Under the pieces are notes generated by a model. The model was not told the origin of the DNA. It did no database searches and was given only the letters and a program-made list of their open reading frames with translations. A program made the position numbers and the translations under genes. This document shows, one piece after another, positions 35,958 to 48,995 of a stretch of DNA of 64,000 nucleotides (position 1 is its first letter; the number at the start of each line of letters is the position of its first letter). The stretch lies in contig CM069138.1 of NCBI GenBank assembly GCA_035221665.1, positions 50,344,001 to 50,408,000 of the forward strand, read 5' to 3'. Source of the DNA: Okamejei kenojei. Its lineage: Eukaryota.

Positions 35958-36940
35958 GAACATAGAATATCAAACAGTAGAGCACAAGAACGGGTCTTTT
36001 AGTCCACAATATCTGTGCTGAACATGGTGCCAAGACCACTATTATCTGCCTGCACATAACACACCATTCCCTGTATATCCATATACCTATCCAAAAGTCT
36101 CTTAAATATCACTATCGCATCTGTCTCAACCCCAACCTGGGGAATAAAACTGTGACCGTCCACCTTATCTATAGTAACGGTAACTTTATAAATCTCAATA
36201 AGGTCACCTTCACTCCAGGAAAAACAGTTCCAGCCTATCCGGTCTCTCATTATAACTCAAACCCTCCAGTCCACGCAATCTGCTTATGAATATCTTCTGC
36301 ACCCACTCTTGCTTAATCACATCCTTCCAATAATATGGCGACCAGAACTGTATGCAATATTCCAGGTCACACCAACATCTTGTACAGTAGTAACATGACG
36401 TCCCAACTTTTGTACTCAATGCGAGCATGTCATATGCCTTCTTCGTCATTCTGTCTACCTGTGTCACCATTTTCAAGGAACTATTCACTTGTATCCCTTT
36501 CTGCTCTGCAACACTCGCCAGGACCCTATCATTTACTGAGTTTGTCCTGTCCTGGTTTAACTTTCTAAAATTAATCACTTTGCATTTGTCTAAGTTAAAT
36601 TCCATTTGCCAAACCTTGTGCCCATTTCCCAGTTGATTTTGATCCTGTTGTAGGCTTAGACATGTCCACCACACCTCCAATGTTGGTGTCATTCACAAAC
36701 TGACGTCATACGAGCCACGTTCTCTTACAAATCATCAATATATGTCAAAACAACAGTTGATCCAGCACAGATCCCTGCGGCATACCGCTGGTCACAGGCT
36801 GGTCACAATCTGAAAAACTACCCTCCATTAACACCCTCTGTCACCTTCCACCAAGCTAATTTTGTAACCAATTGGTCAGCTCACCCTGGATCCCATGTGA
36901 TCGGGCCTCCCATGCGGGACCTTGCCAAAGGTCTCGCTAA
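35958..36940 (-). mobile_element. Old CR1 LINE fragment
   Basis: WQMEFNLDKCKVI...LEYCIQFWSPY; GDLIEIYK. Confidence 0.85.
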
Positions 36941-38324
36941 GGAATGATGCGGGTGAAGGCATGAAAATAGTGATGAATCTTTTATAGCACTTAACAAGAT
37001 CTTGATCTTGTCACAAGACACTTTACAGCAATTTTGGAAGTGTAGTCATCATTATGGATAGGACAGGTTTAGAGGGATATGGGCCAAACACAGGTAGGTG
37101 GGACTAATGTAGATGGGACACATTGGTGAGTGTGGGCGTTGGGCCGAAGGGCCTGTTTTCACGCTGTATGACGCTATTACTCTATTATAGTAGCCAGTTT
37201 CTAAATTGAAAGGGGTTGCTCATCATTATTCCCTTTTACATCAAATATAGAAAAGAGAAATGGGGAATAGATAAATAGAATAGATCAGTTTATTTGGAAA
37301 GTATGGTTTACATGCTCAATCCATTTAAGTCCGCAGAGAGGAGTATAATGCCAAAATAAAAAGGTTAAAGGATTTGTAGAGTCCATGTACAATACTTACT
37401 TTTTAATTGCGCTTTTTAAAATGTGTTTTTTTTTCCAAGTCATGAATGATACTGTGAACTATTCTACGTATGTTATAACATAATTATCTGTTAATGAAGG
37501 AAATTGAGGATGGATTTTGGAAAGATAATTGTTATGATTAATATGGTAATTTGTGAGTAGTGAGTCAGTTAAATGATGTTTCTTTTTCTCCACCCTTTGT
37601 CCACACCTCAAGGTGGTATGTAGTTTGGATTTGGGGGGGTGGAACAACAGTACAGCTCATAAAACCAACACTGAGCAAGACATGGTCCTGTAATTAATGT
37701 GCAAACTTGCCCTGACCATGGAAACCTTTGGACCTTGGGCTTTCTCGCCTTAATTCTCTGTCTATTGGCTTATGTAAAGGCAGCAAAGTTGAACCTTACC
37801 ACAAGAAGATAAGAAATCAGAGCAAGTGGGCCAATTAGACCTTCGAGTGCTCTCTATTCAATAATACAGTTCAATAAGAATACTTCAATACCACTTCCTG
37901 CAGTTTGCCTATATTAAATCCTACAATATTTGCCTATATTAAATCCTACAATATTAAATACTCGACTATTGATCTTCCTCTTTCCTATGCTCAATGACTA
38001 ACAATTGACAGTGGGGTACAAAGCATTCGAAGGATTCACAATCCTATGAGTTAAGACATTTCTCTTCATCACTATGTATTTGGTACCTTATCCTGACACA
38101 TTCACAGAGTCACAAAATTAGAGCACAAAGTGGTGGAGAAACTCAGCGGGTGTCAGGCAGCATCCGGGGAGGGAACGGACAGGCAACATTTTGGGTCTTC
38201 AGACCTGACCCAAACGTTGACTGTGCATTCCCTCTCCACTGAATTCCTCCAGCACTTTGTGTTTTGCTCAAGATTCCAGCATCTGCAGTCTCTTGTGCCT
38301 TCATAGAAACACAGAATGTTTTTT

Positions 38325-38950
38325 TGTTTTAGAGATACAGCATGGAAACAGGCCATTGAGCCCAACGAGTCCACGCCGACCAGAATCACCCATACACTGG
38401 TTCTATCCTACACACAAGGGGCAATTTACAGAAGCCAATCACCTACAAACCTGCACGTTTTTGGAGTGCGTGAAACATAGAAACATAGAAATTAGGTGCA
38501 GGAGTAGGCCATTCAGCCCTTCGAGCCTGCACCGCCATTCAATATGATCATGGCTGATCATCCAACTCAGTATCCCGTACCTGCCTTCTCTCCATACCCT
38601 CTGATCCCCTTAGCCACAAGGGCCACATCCAACTCACTCTTAAATATAGCCAATGAACTGGCCTCAACTACCCTCTGTGGCAGAGAGTTCCAGAGACTCA
38701 CCACTCTCTGTGTGAAAAAAGTCTTTCTCATCTCGGTCTTAAAGGATTTCCCCCTTATCCTTAAGCTGTGACCCCTTGTCCTGGACTTCCCCAACATCGG
38801 GAACAATCTTCCTGCATCTAGCCTGTCCAACCCCTTAAGAATTTTGTGAAGAAAGCGGAGCACCTGCAGACAGCACTCGTAGTCAGGATCGAACTCAGTT
38901 CTCTGGCGCTGTGAGGCAGCTACTCTATCGCTGTGCCACTGTGCTGCCCC
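38325..38950 (-). mobile_element. HE1/V-SINE split by a CR1 3' fragment (~38474-38845)
   Basis: SINE halves at 38325-38473 and 38846-38950. The insert encodes KILKGLDRLDAGRLFP...FFTQRVVSLWNSLP. Confidence 0.85.
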
Positions 38951-38959
38951 AAAGTTATG

Positions 38960-39480
38960 GCGCAGAAAATCATGTTGGAGCTTCATAGGACTTTGTTTAG
39001 GCCACATTTGGAGTATTGCAAACCGTTCTAGTCGCCTAATTACAGGAAGAAGGTGAAGGCTTCGGAAAGGATGCAGAGAAGGTTTACCAGAATGACGCCT
39101 GGGTGAGCTGCAAGGAGCAGTTAGACAGACTTGGATTGTTGCGGGGAGGCCTGATAGAAGTATATGAAATTATGAGAGATCTCGACAGGGTAGACAGTCA
39201 GAACCTTTATCCCAGGATGGAAAAATGAATTACAAGAGGGCATAGCTTTAAGGTGAGAATGCAAAGTTTAAAGGAGATGCGTGGGGCAAGTTTTTTACAT
39301 AAAGGGTGGCAAATGCCTGGATCACGCTGCCTGGTAGTGATGGAGGCTAATATGATAGCGGCGTTCAAGAGTTTTAGATAGGCACATGGATATGCAGGGA
39401 ATACAGGGACATGGATCACATGCAGGCAGAGGAGATTAATATAACGACCAAGTACAGTATGGACATTGTGCTCTGAATAG
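38960..39480 (+). mobile_element. Old CR1 LINE 3' fragment
   Basis: ttaggccacatttggagtattg...agagaaggtttaccagaatg...agagggcatagctttaaggtgag. Confidence 0.75.
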
Positions 39481-40069
39481 ACTGCTCTGTTTATTAAAGT
39501 TTAGCATGATTTCCCTACATTTATACACCAATGTCCCATAGATAAATTGATACTTTTGCAGTCTTTCCCAACCTGTCCTGCCACTGTATTGGCTGGACAC
39601 CTACCTGCAGGGGTGGTGGTTGATGGCATTGAAGAGATTTTGGATAGGCACATGGATATGCAGGGAATGGAGGAATATGGATTATGTGCAGGCAGATAAG
39701 AGTTGGTCTTAGATCACGTTTGGCACAACTGAACAACATAGAACGGGCCTGTTCTTCTGCTGGACTGTTCTATGTTTTTCACCACTGTTGACTTTACCTA
39801 GTCTTACTTTAACTCACAAAATGTTTCCAGCCTTTAATCTAACACTGACATTTGTGGCCTGTGGCCCTTTGGAAGCGCTCTTTACATTAAAATACCAAAC
39901 CTCCAGCCCTGAGCACGAAGATCTAGATGCCCCTCTGGTGAAAAATAGATTGATTGCCCTTTGGCCCACCAAGATCCCCCAACCTGCGATCACCCCGTAT
40001 ACTAACTTACACACACTAGGGACAATTTATTTTACAATTTACCAAAGCCAATTAAACTACGAATCTGTG

Positions 40070-41712
40070 CAGTGCCCTCCATAATGTTTGGGACAAAGAC
40101 CCTTATTTTATTTATTTGCCTCTGTACTCCACAATTTGAGATTTGTAATTGAAAAAATCACATGTGGTTAAAGTGCACATTGTCAGATTTTATTAAAGGC
40201 CATTTTATTTATTTTGGTTTCGCCATGTAGAAATTACAGCTGTGTTTATACACAGTCCCCCCATTTCAGGGCACCATAATGTTTGGGACACATGGCTTCA
40301 CAGGCGTTTGTAATTGCTCAGGTGCGTTTAATTACTTCCTTAATGCAGGTATAAGAGAGCTCAGCACCTAGTCTTTTCTCCAGTCTTTCCATCACCTTTG
40401 GAAACTTTTATTGCTGTTTATCCACATGAGGACCAAAGTTGTGCCAATGAAAGTCAAATAAGCCATTATGAGACTGAGAAACAAGAATAAAACTGTTAGA
40501 GACATCAGCTAAACCTTCGGCTTACCAAAATAAACTGTTTGGAACATCATTAAGAAGAAAGAGCGCACTGGTGAGCTTACTAATCGTAAAGGGACTGGCA
40601 GGCCAAGGAAGACCTGCACAGCTGATGACAGAAGAATTCTCTCTATAATAAAGGTAAATCCCCAAACACCTGTCTGTCAGATTAGAAACACTCTTCAGGA
40701 GTCAGGTGTGGATTTGACAATGACCACTTTCTGCAGAAGACTTCATGAACAGAAGTACAGAGGCTACACTGCAAGATGCAAACCACTGGTTAGCCGCAAA
40801 AATAGGATGGCCAGGTTACAGTTTGCCAAGAAGTACTCAAAAGAGCAACCACAGTTCTGGAAAAAGGTCTTGTGGACAGATGAGACCAAGATTAACTTAT
40901 ATCAGAGCGATGGCACGTGCAAAGTATGGAGGAGAGAAAGAACTGCCCAAGATCCAAAGCATACCACCTCATCTGTGAAAAACGGTGGTGGGGATGTTAT
41001 GGCCTGGGCATGTATGGCTGCTGAAGGTACTGGCTCACTTATCTTCATTGATGATACAACTGCTGATGGTAGTAGCATAATGAATTCTGAAGTGTATAGA
41101 CACATCCTATCTGTTAAAGATCAAACAAATGCCTCAAAACACATTGGCCGGTGGTTCATACTACAGAAAGACAATGATACCAAACATGCTAAAGCAACAA
41201 AGGAGTTTTTCAAAGCTAAGAAATGGTCAATTCTTGAGTGGCCAAGCCAATCACCCGATCTGAACCCAATTGAGCATGCCTTTTATATGCTGAAGAGAAA
41301 ACTGAAGGGGACTAGCCCCCAAGACAAGCATAAGCTGATGGCTGCAATACAGGTCTGGCAGAGCAATACGAGATAAGACACCCAGCAACTGGTGATATCC
41401 GTGAATCGCAGACTTCAAGCAGTCATTGCACGCAAAGGATATGCAAAAAAATACTAAACATGACTACATTCATTTACATGACATTGCCGTGTCCAAAACA
41501 CTTATGTGCCCTGAAATGGGAGGGACTATGTATAAACACTGCTGTAATTTCTACATGGTGAAACCAAAATGTATAAAAATGGCCTTTATTAAAATCTGAC
41601 AATGTGCACTTTAATCACATGTGATTTTTTTTCTATTACAAATCTCAAATTGTGGAGCAGAGGCAAATAAATAAATGATGGGTCTTTGTCCCAAACATTA
41701 TGGAGGGAACTG
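40070..41712 (+). mobile_element. Tc1 (DD34E, IR/DR-type) transposon, full length, defective; inserted in a V-SINE (~39960-42105, minus strand)
   Basis: ~200-bp TIRs cagtgccctccataatgtttgggacaaagaccc / gggtctttgtcccaaacattatggagggaactg, followed by TA. Internal DR cataatgtttgggaca. Confidence 0.95.
40426..41458 (+). pseudogene. Tc1 transposase pseudogene
   Basis: MRTKVVPMKVK*...GTGRPRKT; VLWTDETK, ILQKDND, WPSQSPDLNPIEH. Several in-frame stops in the N-terminus. Confidence 0.9.
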
Positions 41713-41725
41713 TACATCTTTGGAG

Positions 41726-41948
41726 GGTTACACAAAAAGCTGGAGAAACTCAGCGGGTGCAGCAGCATCTAAGGAGCGAAGGAGATAGGCGACGTTTCTG
41801 GGTCGAGACCCTTCTTCAGACTGAAGAAGGGTCTCGACCCGAAACGTCGCCTATCTCCTTCGCTCCTTAGATGCTGCTGCACCCGCTGAGTTTCTCCAGC
41901 TTTTTGTGTAACCCTCGATTCTCCAGCATCTGCAGTTCCTTCTTTAAC
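41726..41948. mobile_element. Young Penelope fold-back with hammerhead cores on both strands
   Basis: Near-perfect hairpin centred at 41820. 17-bp TSD actgtacatctttggag (41709-41725, 41949-41965). Confidence 0.9.
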
Positions 41949-42104
41949 ACTGTACATCTTTGGAGTATGGGAGGAAACTGGAGCACCCGAAGAAAACCCA
42001 GGCAGTCAAAGGGGGAATGTACAAGCTCTGTGCTGCCAGCACCGGTAGCCAGGATCGAACACGGATCTCTGCGGCTGTAAGGCAGCAACTCTACTGCTGT
42101 GCCG

Positions 42105-42485
42105 CAACATTAAATGAGGTGCTGTTTAATCTCTCAGATCAATGCAAATGATCTTTCACTTGAAGAACAGAGGAGTTGTCTCTGATTAACCCTGTAGGCA
42201 ATATTACAATAATATAATTTGCTTATTATCACAATGTCATTTGCAGGAGCAATTATTTATAGCATTAACATAGATACATGGACAATAAGTGCAGGAGAAG
42301 GCCTTTCAATGTGATCATGGCTGACCATCCACAATCAGTACCCTGTTCCTGTCTTCTCCCCATACCCCTTGATTCCGCTAGCCCTATCTACCTCTCAATG
42401 ATTGCAATCCAGAAGTACCTTATTAGCTGTCAATTCTTTGGGCATCCTAATTGGAATTAGCTGGCCATTTTATAAATTCAAGTAA
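42105..42485 (+). mobile_element. Degenerate Deu-SINE (SacSINE1-like), interrupted by a CR1 3' fragment
   Basis: gaagaacagaggagttgtctctg..ggcaatatt (Deu domain); tail gaagtaccttattagctgt..tataaattcaagt. Confidence 0.5.
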
Positions 42486-43009
42486 TTTTACCTTTCCTCT
42501 GGCCTAACCTGTCTCTTGAGAGGCTGCAATGTTGCTACCTTCCTAGCTGTGGTGATTGTTCAGGTATGTAGGACATCCAGCAGGATCAGAAGTACTCCAT
42601 GAACATTGTTTTGGTTACTTCCTTTAATGAAAACTTGTATGAAGGAATTCCGGTTCAGGGGGGTCTGTGGATTTCAGCCTCATTAACATCTCCAGAATCA
42701 TTTCCTAACCCACACTAATTTCTGTATGTTCCTCATTCTAAGCATATTTTTGGTTCTCCACAAATTCTGGGGTGTTTTTCTGCCTTCTACTATGCAATTA
42801 CCAATCATTACGTTGATCTCTTTATTGGCCATTACAAATTATCTTGCTTCTGCATGTAAGAATCCCAAATTTAATTCTGTTTCATTGCATATATTTATAT
42901 ATATCTTTTGGTGATTTTCCTATCGACGTTATATTTTCTTTTGTTCTCAATATCTTGATCGTCCTCTATGGAATTTAACTGTACGTGCAATGCTCAGCTT
43001 TGCTCTGAG

Positions 43010-43290
43010 ACAGGGTGGCATGGAGGTGCAGCTGGTGGAGACCTCGGTTCGATCCTGACCTTGGGTGCCATCTGTGTGGAGTTTGCAAGTTCTTCCCGTG
43101 ACCGTGTGGGTTTCCTCGGGTCCTCCAGTTTCCTCCCACATCCCAAAGACTTGCGGGTTTGTAGGTTAATCGGCTTCTGCAAATTGCCCCCAGTGTGTTG
43201 GAAGAGGATGAGAAGGTGGGATAATATACAATTAGTGTGAACAGGTGATCCATGGTCGGCATGGACTCACTCAGTGAGCCGAAGGGCCAG
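43010..43290 (+). mobile_element. HE1/V-SINE
   Basis: B-box ggttcgatcc; V-domain tgtgtggagtttgcaagttcttcccgtgaccgtgtgggtttcctcggg. Confidence 0.85.
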
Positions 43291-44432
43291 TTTGTAGTGT
43301 TGAATTTCAGAGAGCAGGTATTTCAAACCTTGGTCTGAACGTATTCTTGAGATGCCCTGGTAAAAATTATACCAATGGGAATTTTGTTGGGGCAGGGTGC
43401 AGGGAATGCAGGAGGGTGGAAACAATGGCCAATACTGTCAAGAAGGCGAGGCAAACCAGCCTTTGCAAAGGTGCACAGGAAATATAACTCTGTAGTAAGT
43501 TGGGTAGGCTCTTGAAGTCAAAAACTTTGCGGTGGTTTTTCTGGTCTCTTGCACAGTCAGCTTGTGCACCAGAGAAATATCCAAAATGGCAACTGCATTC
43601 ACCTATTTCATGCAAAAAGCCACCTTGCTCACTTTCGATATGATACAATGGATCCTTATTTATCCCAGGAGGGTAATTGGTCTGCCAGCAGTCATAAAAC
43701 ACAAGATACATGAAATATGGAATGAAAGTGATGAGTGAAAAGTCCAGGATTAGAGATATACAAAGATTGGGGGGGGGGGTGTAGTCTGCCTACCGCACTA
43801 CAGAAGGGGGAGGAGTTGTACAGCTTAATAGCCATAGGGGAAAAGGATCTCCTGTGGTGTTCTGTGCTGCATATTGGTGGAACCAGTTTGTTGCTGAAGG
43901 TGCTCCTCAGGTTGACCAGTGTATCATGAGGGGGTGGGGTGAGCTGTAGTGTCCAAGATGCTCCGCAGTTTGAGAAGGATCCTCCCCTTCAAGACCACCT
44001 CCAATTAATCCAACCTCCCCCAGGACAGAGCCAGCCTTCCTGACGAACTTATTAATTCTGTTGGCGTCCGCGGCCTTCACCCTGCTATCCCAGCACACAA
44101 CAGTGAATAAGATTACACTGGCTACCACCGATTGGTAGAACATCCGCAGCATCTTACTGCAGATGTTGAAAGAGCAGAGCCTCCTCAGAAAGTACAGCCG
44201 GCTTTGTCCCTTCTTGTACAGTGCCTTAGCAATCCTGGACCACTGTCAGGTTTACTGTCCCGGTAAACTCCAAGGTACTTGTACTCCTTGGTAAACTGCA
44301 CATCCACACGCTTAATGGAGACAGGGGACAGGGGTGCTCCTCTCTTCTTAAAGTCCACCACTAACATCTTAGTCTTGTCGGTGTTGAGCTGCAGGTGATT
44401 CAGCCCACACCACTCAGCAAAGTCGTTGACTA

Positions 44433-44621
44433 TGTTGTGTTTGAAGGCTAATAACTCACAATCGACTCTTATTGTTCCGAGCCTGTCAGTGTGTTTATTT
44501 CAAGACAAAATGGCTACGTTGAAACTAGTCAAGATGGCCCCGGACCCATTCCGAGGAAAACATACATTTCGGGGCAGAGCCCTCTAGTGGTAACTGTAAG
44601 GACAGTTACCCAGACACAACA
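44433..44621 (-). repeat. 3' LTR
   Basis: Direct repeat of 47862-48050 (7 mismatches counted by eye). Confidence 0.95.
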
Positions 44622-47600
44622 TATTTTCCCTTCCTTGTAAATGAAGACGGTCATTTAAGTCCAGTTATCCAATCAAATATAAGTCCATATGAAATCAGTC
44701 CAAAGTCCTTTCAAATTCCATGCCCGCTATTAATAAACGGAAGTCCAAACATATAACGGTTTATGGCTTCACAGCTGAAAATCTTGCAGATACTCAGGTC
44801 TCCTCGTCTGTCGCTGAGAGCGTCGAACAGGATTTGGCTGCTCTGCTCTATGCTGACCGTGATCATTGTCTTGACTGGATATCGGGAAAGGAAAAGCGTC
44901 CTGTTCATCTTCTTCCTGTCCCTGTCTGCTTGCGATGAGACGCCTCACGTTCCATCTGGTGTCATCTTGGAGGAGGTATGCGTTCTTACCGAGTCCCCGT
45001 TTGATCTGGATCGGCTTTGAGAGTGCGCTTGCGAGGTTATGCTGTCTGTTTGGGCGGCTGATTTGTACCTTGAACAGTGGCGCTTGTACTCTGCGTTTGG
45101 CATCACGTACGTTTTCCCTTTCGCTTGTCTGTGTGCTATCGTTTCCGCCCTCGCTTTTGTGTCTGGATTTGGGCGCAATGGTGGTTGAAGAGCATTCAGT
45201 TTCGTTTACAAGTTTCGCCCTGTCATCAACTCTGCTGCCGTTTTCCCAGTCAGCGTGTGCAGTGTGGATCTGTAGGATTGGAGGAGGATATGGATTGACT
45301 GTTCGAATGTTTTCTCCTCCAACATGCTCGCTTTTACGCTTTCTTTGATCACGCGATTGAATCGTTCAACCCGACCGTTTGATTGGGGGTTGTATCGAGA
45401 CGTCCTCTGATGTTGGATGTTGTAGCTCATAAGGAAGGTGGAGAACTGTTCAGATATGAACTGTGGGTCATTGTCTGTCGTTATGACCTCCGGCAGTCCC
45501 CACTTAGTGAACAACTTTTGCAAAGCTACAGAGCTCTAGCTCCGCACTTGTGGAAGCGTTATAATCATGCTTTCTTCAATTTTCATACTGGCTGAATCAT
45601 CGAGAATCGCAATGATCGAGCTTGTTGTGACTGAAGTAGTTGCGATCTCAGGCCACTTGCTGTGGAGATTATGTACTACAAGTAGAAACGTCTGGCTTCT
45701 TGGCGCAGCTTGCACCTCTCCGAAGTTGTCGACTTCCAAGTGTCGACTCTGCTTTCAGCTCTTCCCGCGTTACTAGATTCGCCGTCGCATGCGAAATCAC
45801 CATGAGAACGTAGTCGTCGATGTGGCTTCAAGCGTCACTATCGCGTGTGCGTGCGGGTGCCATCGTTGGAACGCGACTGATCATGTCTGCAATGCGATTG
45901 CGTGAACCTGCGAGGTATTCGACTTTGAAATTGTACTGATGAAGGGGATCGGACCATCTGTAGATCCGGAGCGGACGATGTCCTGAGCCTGATGTGTCCA
46001 GTAACGTAATTAGCTCTTGGTGATCCGTACGGAGAGTGAAAGGTCTCCCGTATAGGTATATGTGCCAGTGTTCACACACGTAAATGCACGCTAATGCTTC
46101 GTGTCCCCCGGTGGACTACTTGCGTTCGGTTGCAGTCAAGGGACGGGATGCGAATGTGATCAGTCGTTCGCTTCCATCGATGCACTGCGATAACACTGCT
46201 CCGATCGCGATACTGGAAGCATCTGTTGTGATGTACATTTCAGCACTTGGGTCGAAGTGCGCAAGAACAGGCGGAGATGCTATTTTGTCTTTCAGCATGT
46301 TGAACGCGATGTCCTGCTCATTTGTTCATTCCCACTGTGTGTCTTTCCGTAGCAGCTTCTGTAGCGGTTCTGCGATTGTGCGTACTGCGACACAAACTTG
46401 CGGTAGAAGTTGGTGGTGCCCAGAAATGAAGCTAACTCTTTTGCGTTTGTTGCGGTGGGGAGCGGTTTGATGGCTTGGACATTGTCCGGACTAGGCTCAA
46501 CTCCAGTCACTGTCACTCTGTACCTGAGAAAATCAATCTTGGAAGCTGCAAATGTACACTTTGCTGCGTTGAGCATCAAGGTGTATTGCGCGAGATGAGC
46601 TAACACTGCATCCAGTCGTAGATCGTGTTCCTCCTTGTCCCTGCTATGGACGACGACATCGTCGACGAGGATGAGGGTTCCGTCAATGCCTGACAGAACC
46701 GATGCCACAATTTTTTAAATGCACTAGGCGCTGAGCACAGTCCATACGGCATCCTAGGGTACTGAAATACTCCTTCATGTGTGATGAATGCTGACAAATG
46801 CCGACTGCGTTCTGCTAGTGGTACCTGAAGGTAGCTTTGGCGCATGTCTAGCTTTGTGAACACTGTTGAACCGTGGAACGACGCGGATAGCTCTTGTATT
46901 GTTGGCAGAGGATATTTGTCCGGACTGATGGCTTTGTTGACCGATTTGAGATCGATGCAAAGTCTGAGTTCACCGTTCTTGTGTCGCTAGCACCTATTGA
47001 CCCAACATCCTGGTCAGCCCTGTCCTTTATGGAGTAAACGTCGTGTACACCTGGAGATTCATCGTCTACATGGCGCTTTCTTCTTCGACGACCGGCAGAC
47101 TTTCGCAGTGATTCTGCTTTGAACGCGCGTTTACCGTTTACCGTAAGTTGGACATTCCTTGGGAGCGTGTGTCCGGCCACAGTTCGGACACTGCTGGTTT
47201 GAGCGATTGTTTTTTGACTGTTTCTGAATGCCTTACACTGGTGCTGTGTTCATCTGGTGAGATGAGTGACTAGATGCTCCCTCAGTGCTTGCCATCGAAT
47301 GTTGTTTGAGCACCTTGACATCGTGCAGCGCACTTACAATTTGCACGGCTAATTCTTGTGCCTTTTCGAGTTTGAGATCATCATCCTCCATTAGAAGGCG
47401 CTCTCTGATCCGTGGGATAGAAATCTTTTCTATCAGCTGGTCTCTCACCAACTCATCAGTCAGTGCCCCAAAATTGCACTTTGCAGCCAGTTCTATTAAT
47501 GGAGAAACAAATTGCTTCACTGGTTCGCCATGTCCCTGAGAACATTGACGAAAACGGTATCTCTCTATCATTATACTTGTCTTTGTGCCAAAATACTTGC

Positions 47601-47861
47601 CAAGTGCAGTAACAGCATTACTGTACACCCGTTGCAGCACTGTCCAACTGCGCGAAGATCCGCTGTCCCTCCGTTCTGAGGCAATGCAGCAGGATCACTC
47701 GGCGGCGAATGTCCGAAATGGCCTCATCGTCCAGGCCGCTTGCGATCGAGTTTGTGGTGAACCTTTCAAACCATCATGTCCATGGTACAGGAGGCTCTCC
47801 TGGACTTTCCAAGAATGGAGATGGGGCAGCGAGAGTTGAACTAGCCATCCTCGTCACCAGA

Positions 47862-48050
47862 TGTTGTGTTTGACAGCTAATAACTCACAATCGACTCTTA
47901 TTGTTCCGAGCCTGTCAGTGTGTCTATTTCAAGACAAAATGGCAGCGTTGAAACTAGTCAAGATGGCCCCGGACCCATTCCGAGGAAAACATACATTTCG
48001 GGGCAGAGCCCTCTAATGGTGACTGTAAGGACAGTTACCCAGACACAACA
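47862..48050 (-). repeat. 5' LTR
   Basis: Direct repeat of 44433-44621; adjacent to the PBS. Confidence 0.95.
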
Positions 48051-48569
48051 GACTACACTTCTGCATTCAGCTTCCCTCCCCTCACTGATGCAGCCCACAA
48101 TTGCAGAATCATCTAAAATGTTCTGCAGGTGGCAGGGGTCTGAGTTATACATATCTGAAGACCCCAGTAAATTAACTTCTACCTGGCAAAAAGCAGTAAA
48201 ACTACATGGATGGTCCTCTAGAACGTCAGAGTTCAGGAATCAAGAGTGTCAAGAGAGTTCAATTGTCATATGCACCGAAATGAAACAATGAAATTCTTAA
48301 TTACAGTAGTAAAATAGATCTGTAAACACAGTTGTGGATAGTTAACATAATAAAGCAAACTAAAAAAGTTCAGTAAATTAAAAAACACACAATATTATTG
48401 CAACACAAAACAAAAGTCCAAAGTCCCTATTGCACCCAGGACAGTTTAGTTGGTTTATGTAGTATTAAATACCTGATGGTTGTTGGGAAGAAGCTGTTTC
48501 TTAACCTGGAGGTCATGGTCTTCGGATTCCTTGAATTAGAATGGATTTAGTAAAAGGATGAAAAAGAGA

Positions 48570-48995
48570 AACTTGTTATTGTATCTGCCCTTTCATATTC
48601 CTTACAGAATGTCCCAGTATTTATGAAAACCAACGATTTGCTTTTTTTTAAATTGCGATGATGGAGACATGGAAAATAATTCAGGAACGTGGTAAACCCT
48701 TGACGAAGGCTCCCACACACAACAATTGATCTGGATTGCTATTTTAATAAGGTTGATTAAGGGATAAATATTGGCTGGAACAGGAAGGAGAACTCCACTG
48801 GCCTTCTTCCAAAATAGTAAATGGGATCTTTACCATCTACTTGAGAGACCAGACAGGACCTCAATTCATTACCGGATCCAAAAGATGACCTCTCGAAAAG
48901 TGCAGCATTCTTTCAGTACTGCTTTGAAATATCACTCCATACCTTTGTCCTCATATCTTTAGAGGGTTTCTGAATCAAGAATCTTCTGACTTGGG
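48570..48995 (-). mobile_element. SacSINE1-like Deu-SINE, near full length, ancient
   Basis: Reverse Deu domain ggttgattaagggataaatattggctggaacaggaaggagaactcc..cttcttccaaaatagtaaatgggatcttt, with head remnant (gtgcagcattctttcagtactgc...cttctgact). Confidence 0.7.

Larger units (their letters stand above)
44433..48050 (-). mobile_element. Gypsy (Mag-clade-like) LTR retrotransposon, both LTRs present, internally deleted and frameshifted
   Basis: 189-bp TG...CA LTRs (44433-44621, 47862-48050) and 5-bp TSD GACTA. PBS TGGTGACGAGGATGG (tRNA-Ser-like) at 47845-47859 and PPT at ~44622-44636. Contains gag (ERYRF..Q..GE..LAAKCNFG...RDQLI), RT (FTKLDMRQSYLQ, MPYGLCSAP, VDDV), RNase H (TDASSIAIGAVL) and integrase (GLPEVITTDN, PQSNGRVERFN). 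Confidence 0.95.
43640..48150 (-). mobile_element. Rex1 LINE 3' part (segments ~43640-44432 and ~48051-48150) split by the Gypsy element
   Basis: MFYQSVVASVILFTVVCW; EYKYLGV; CHLQNILDDSAIVGCI. Rex1-type 3' end aattaccctcctgggataaataag. Confidence 0.85.

Noticed and set aside
37904-37958. 25-bp tandem duplication
   Set aside because: Ordinary slippage duplication in decayed repeat DNA.
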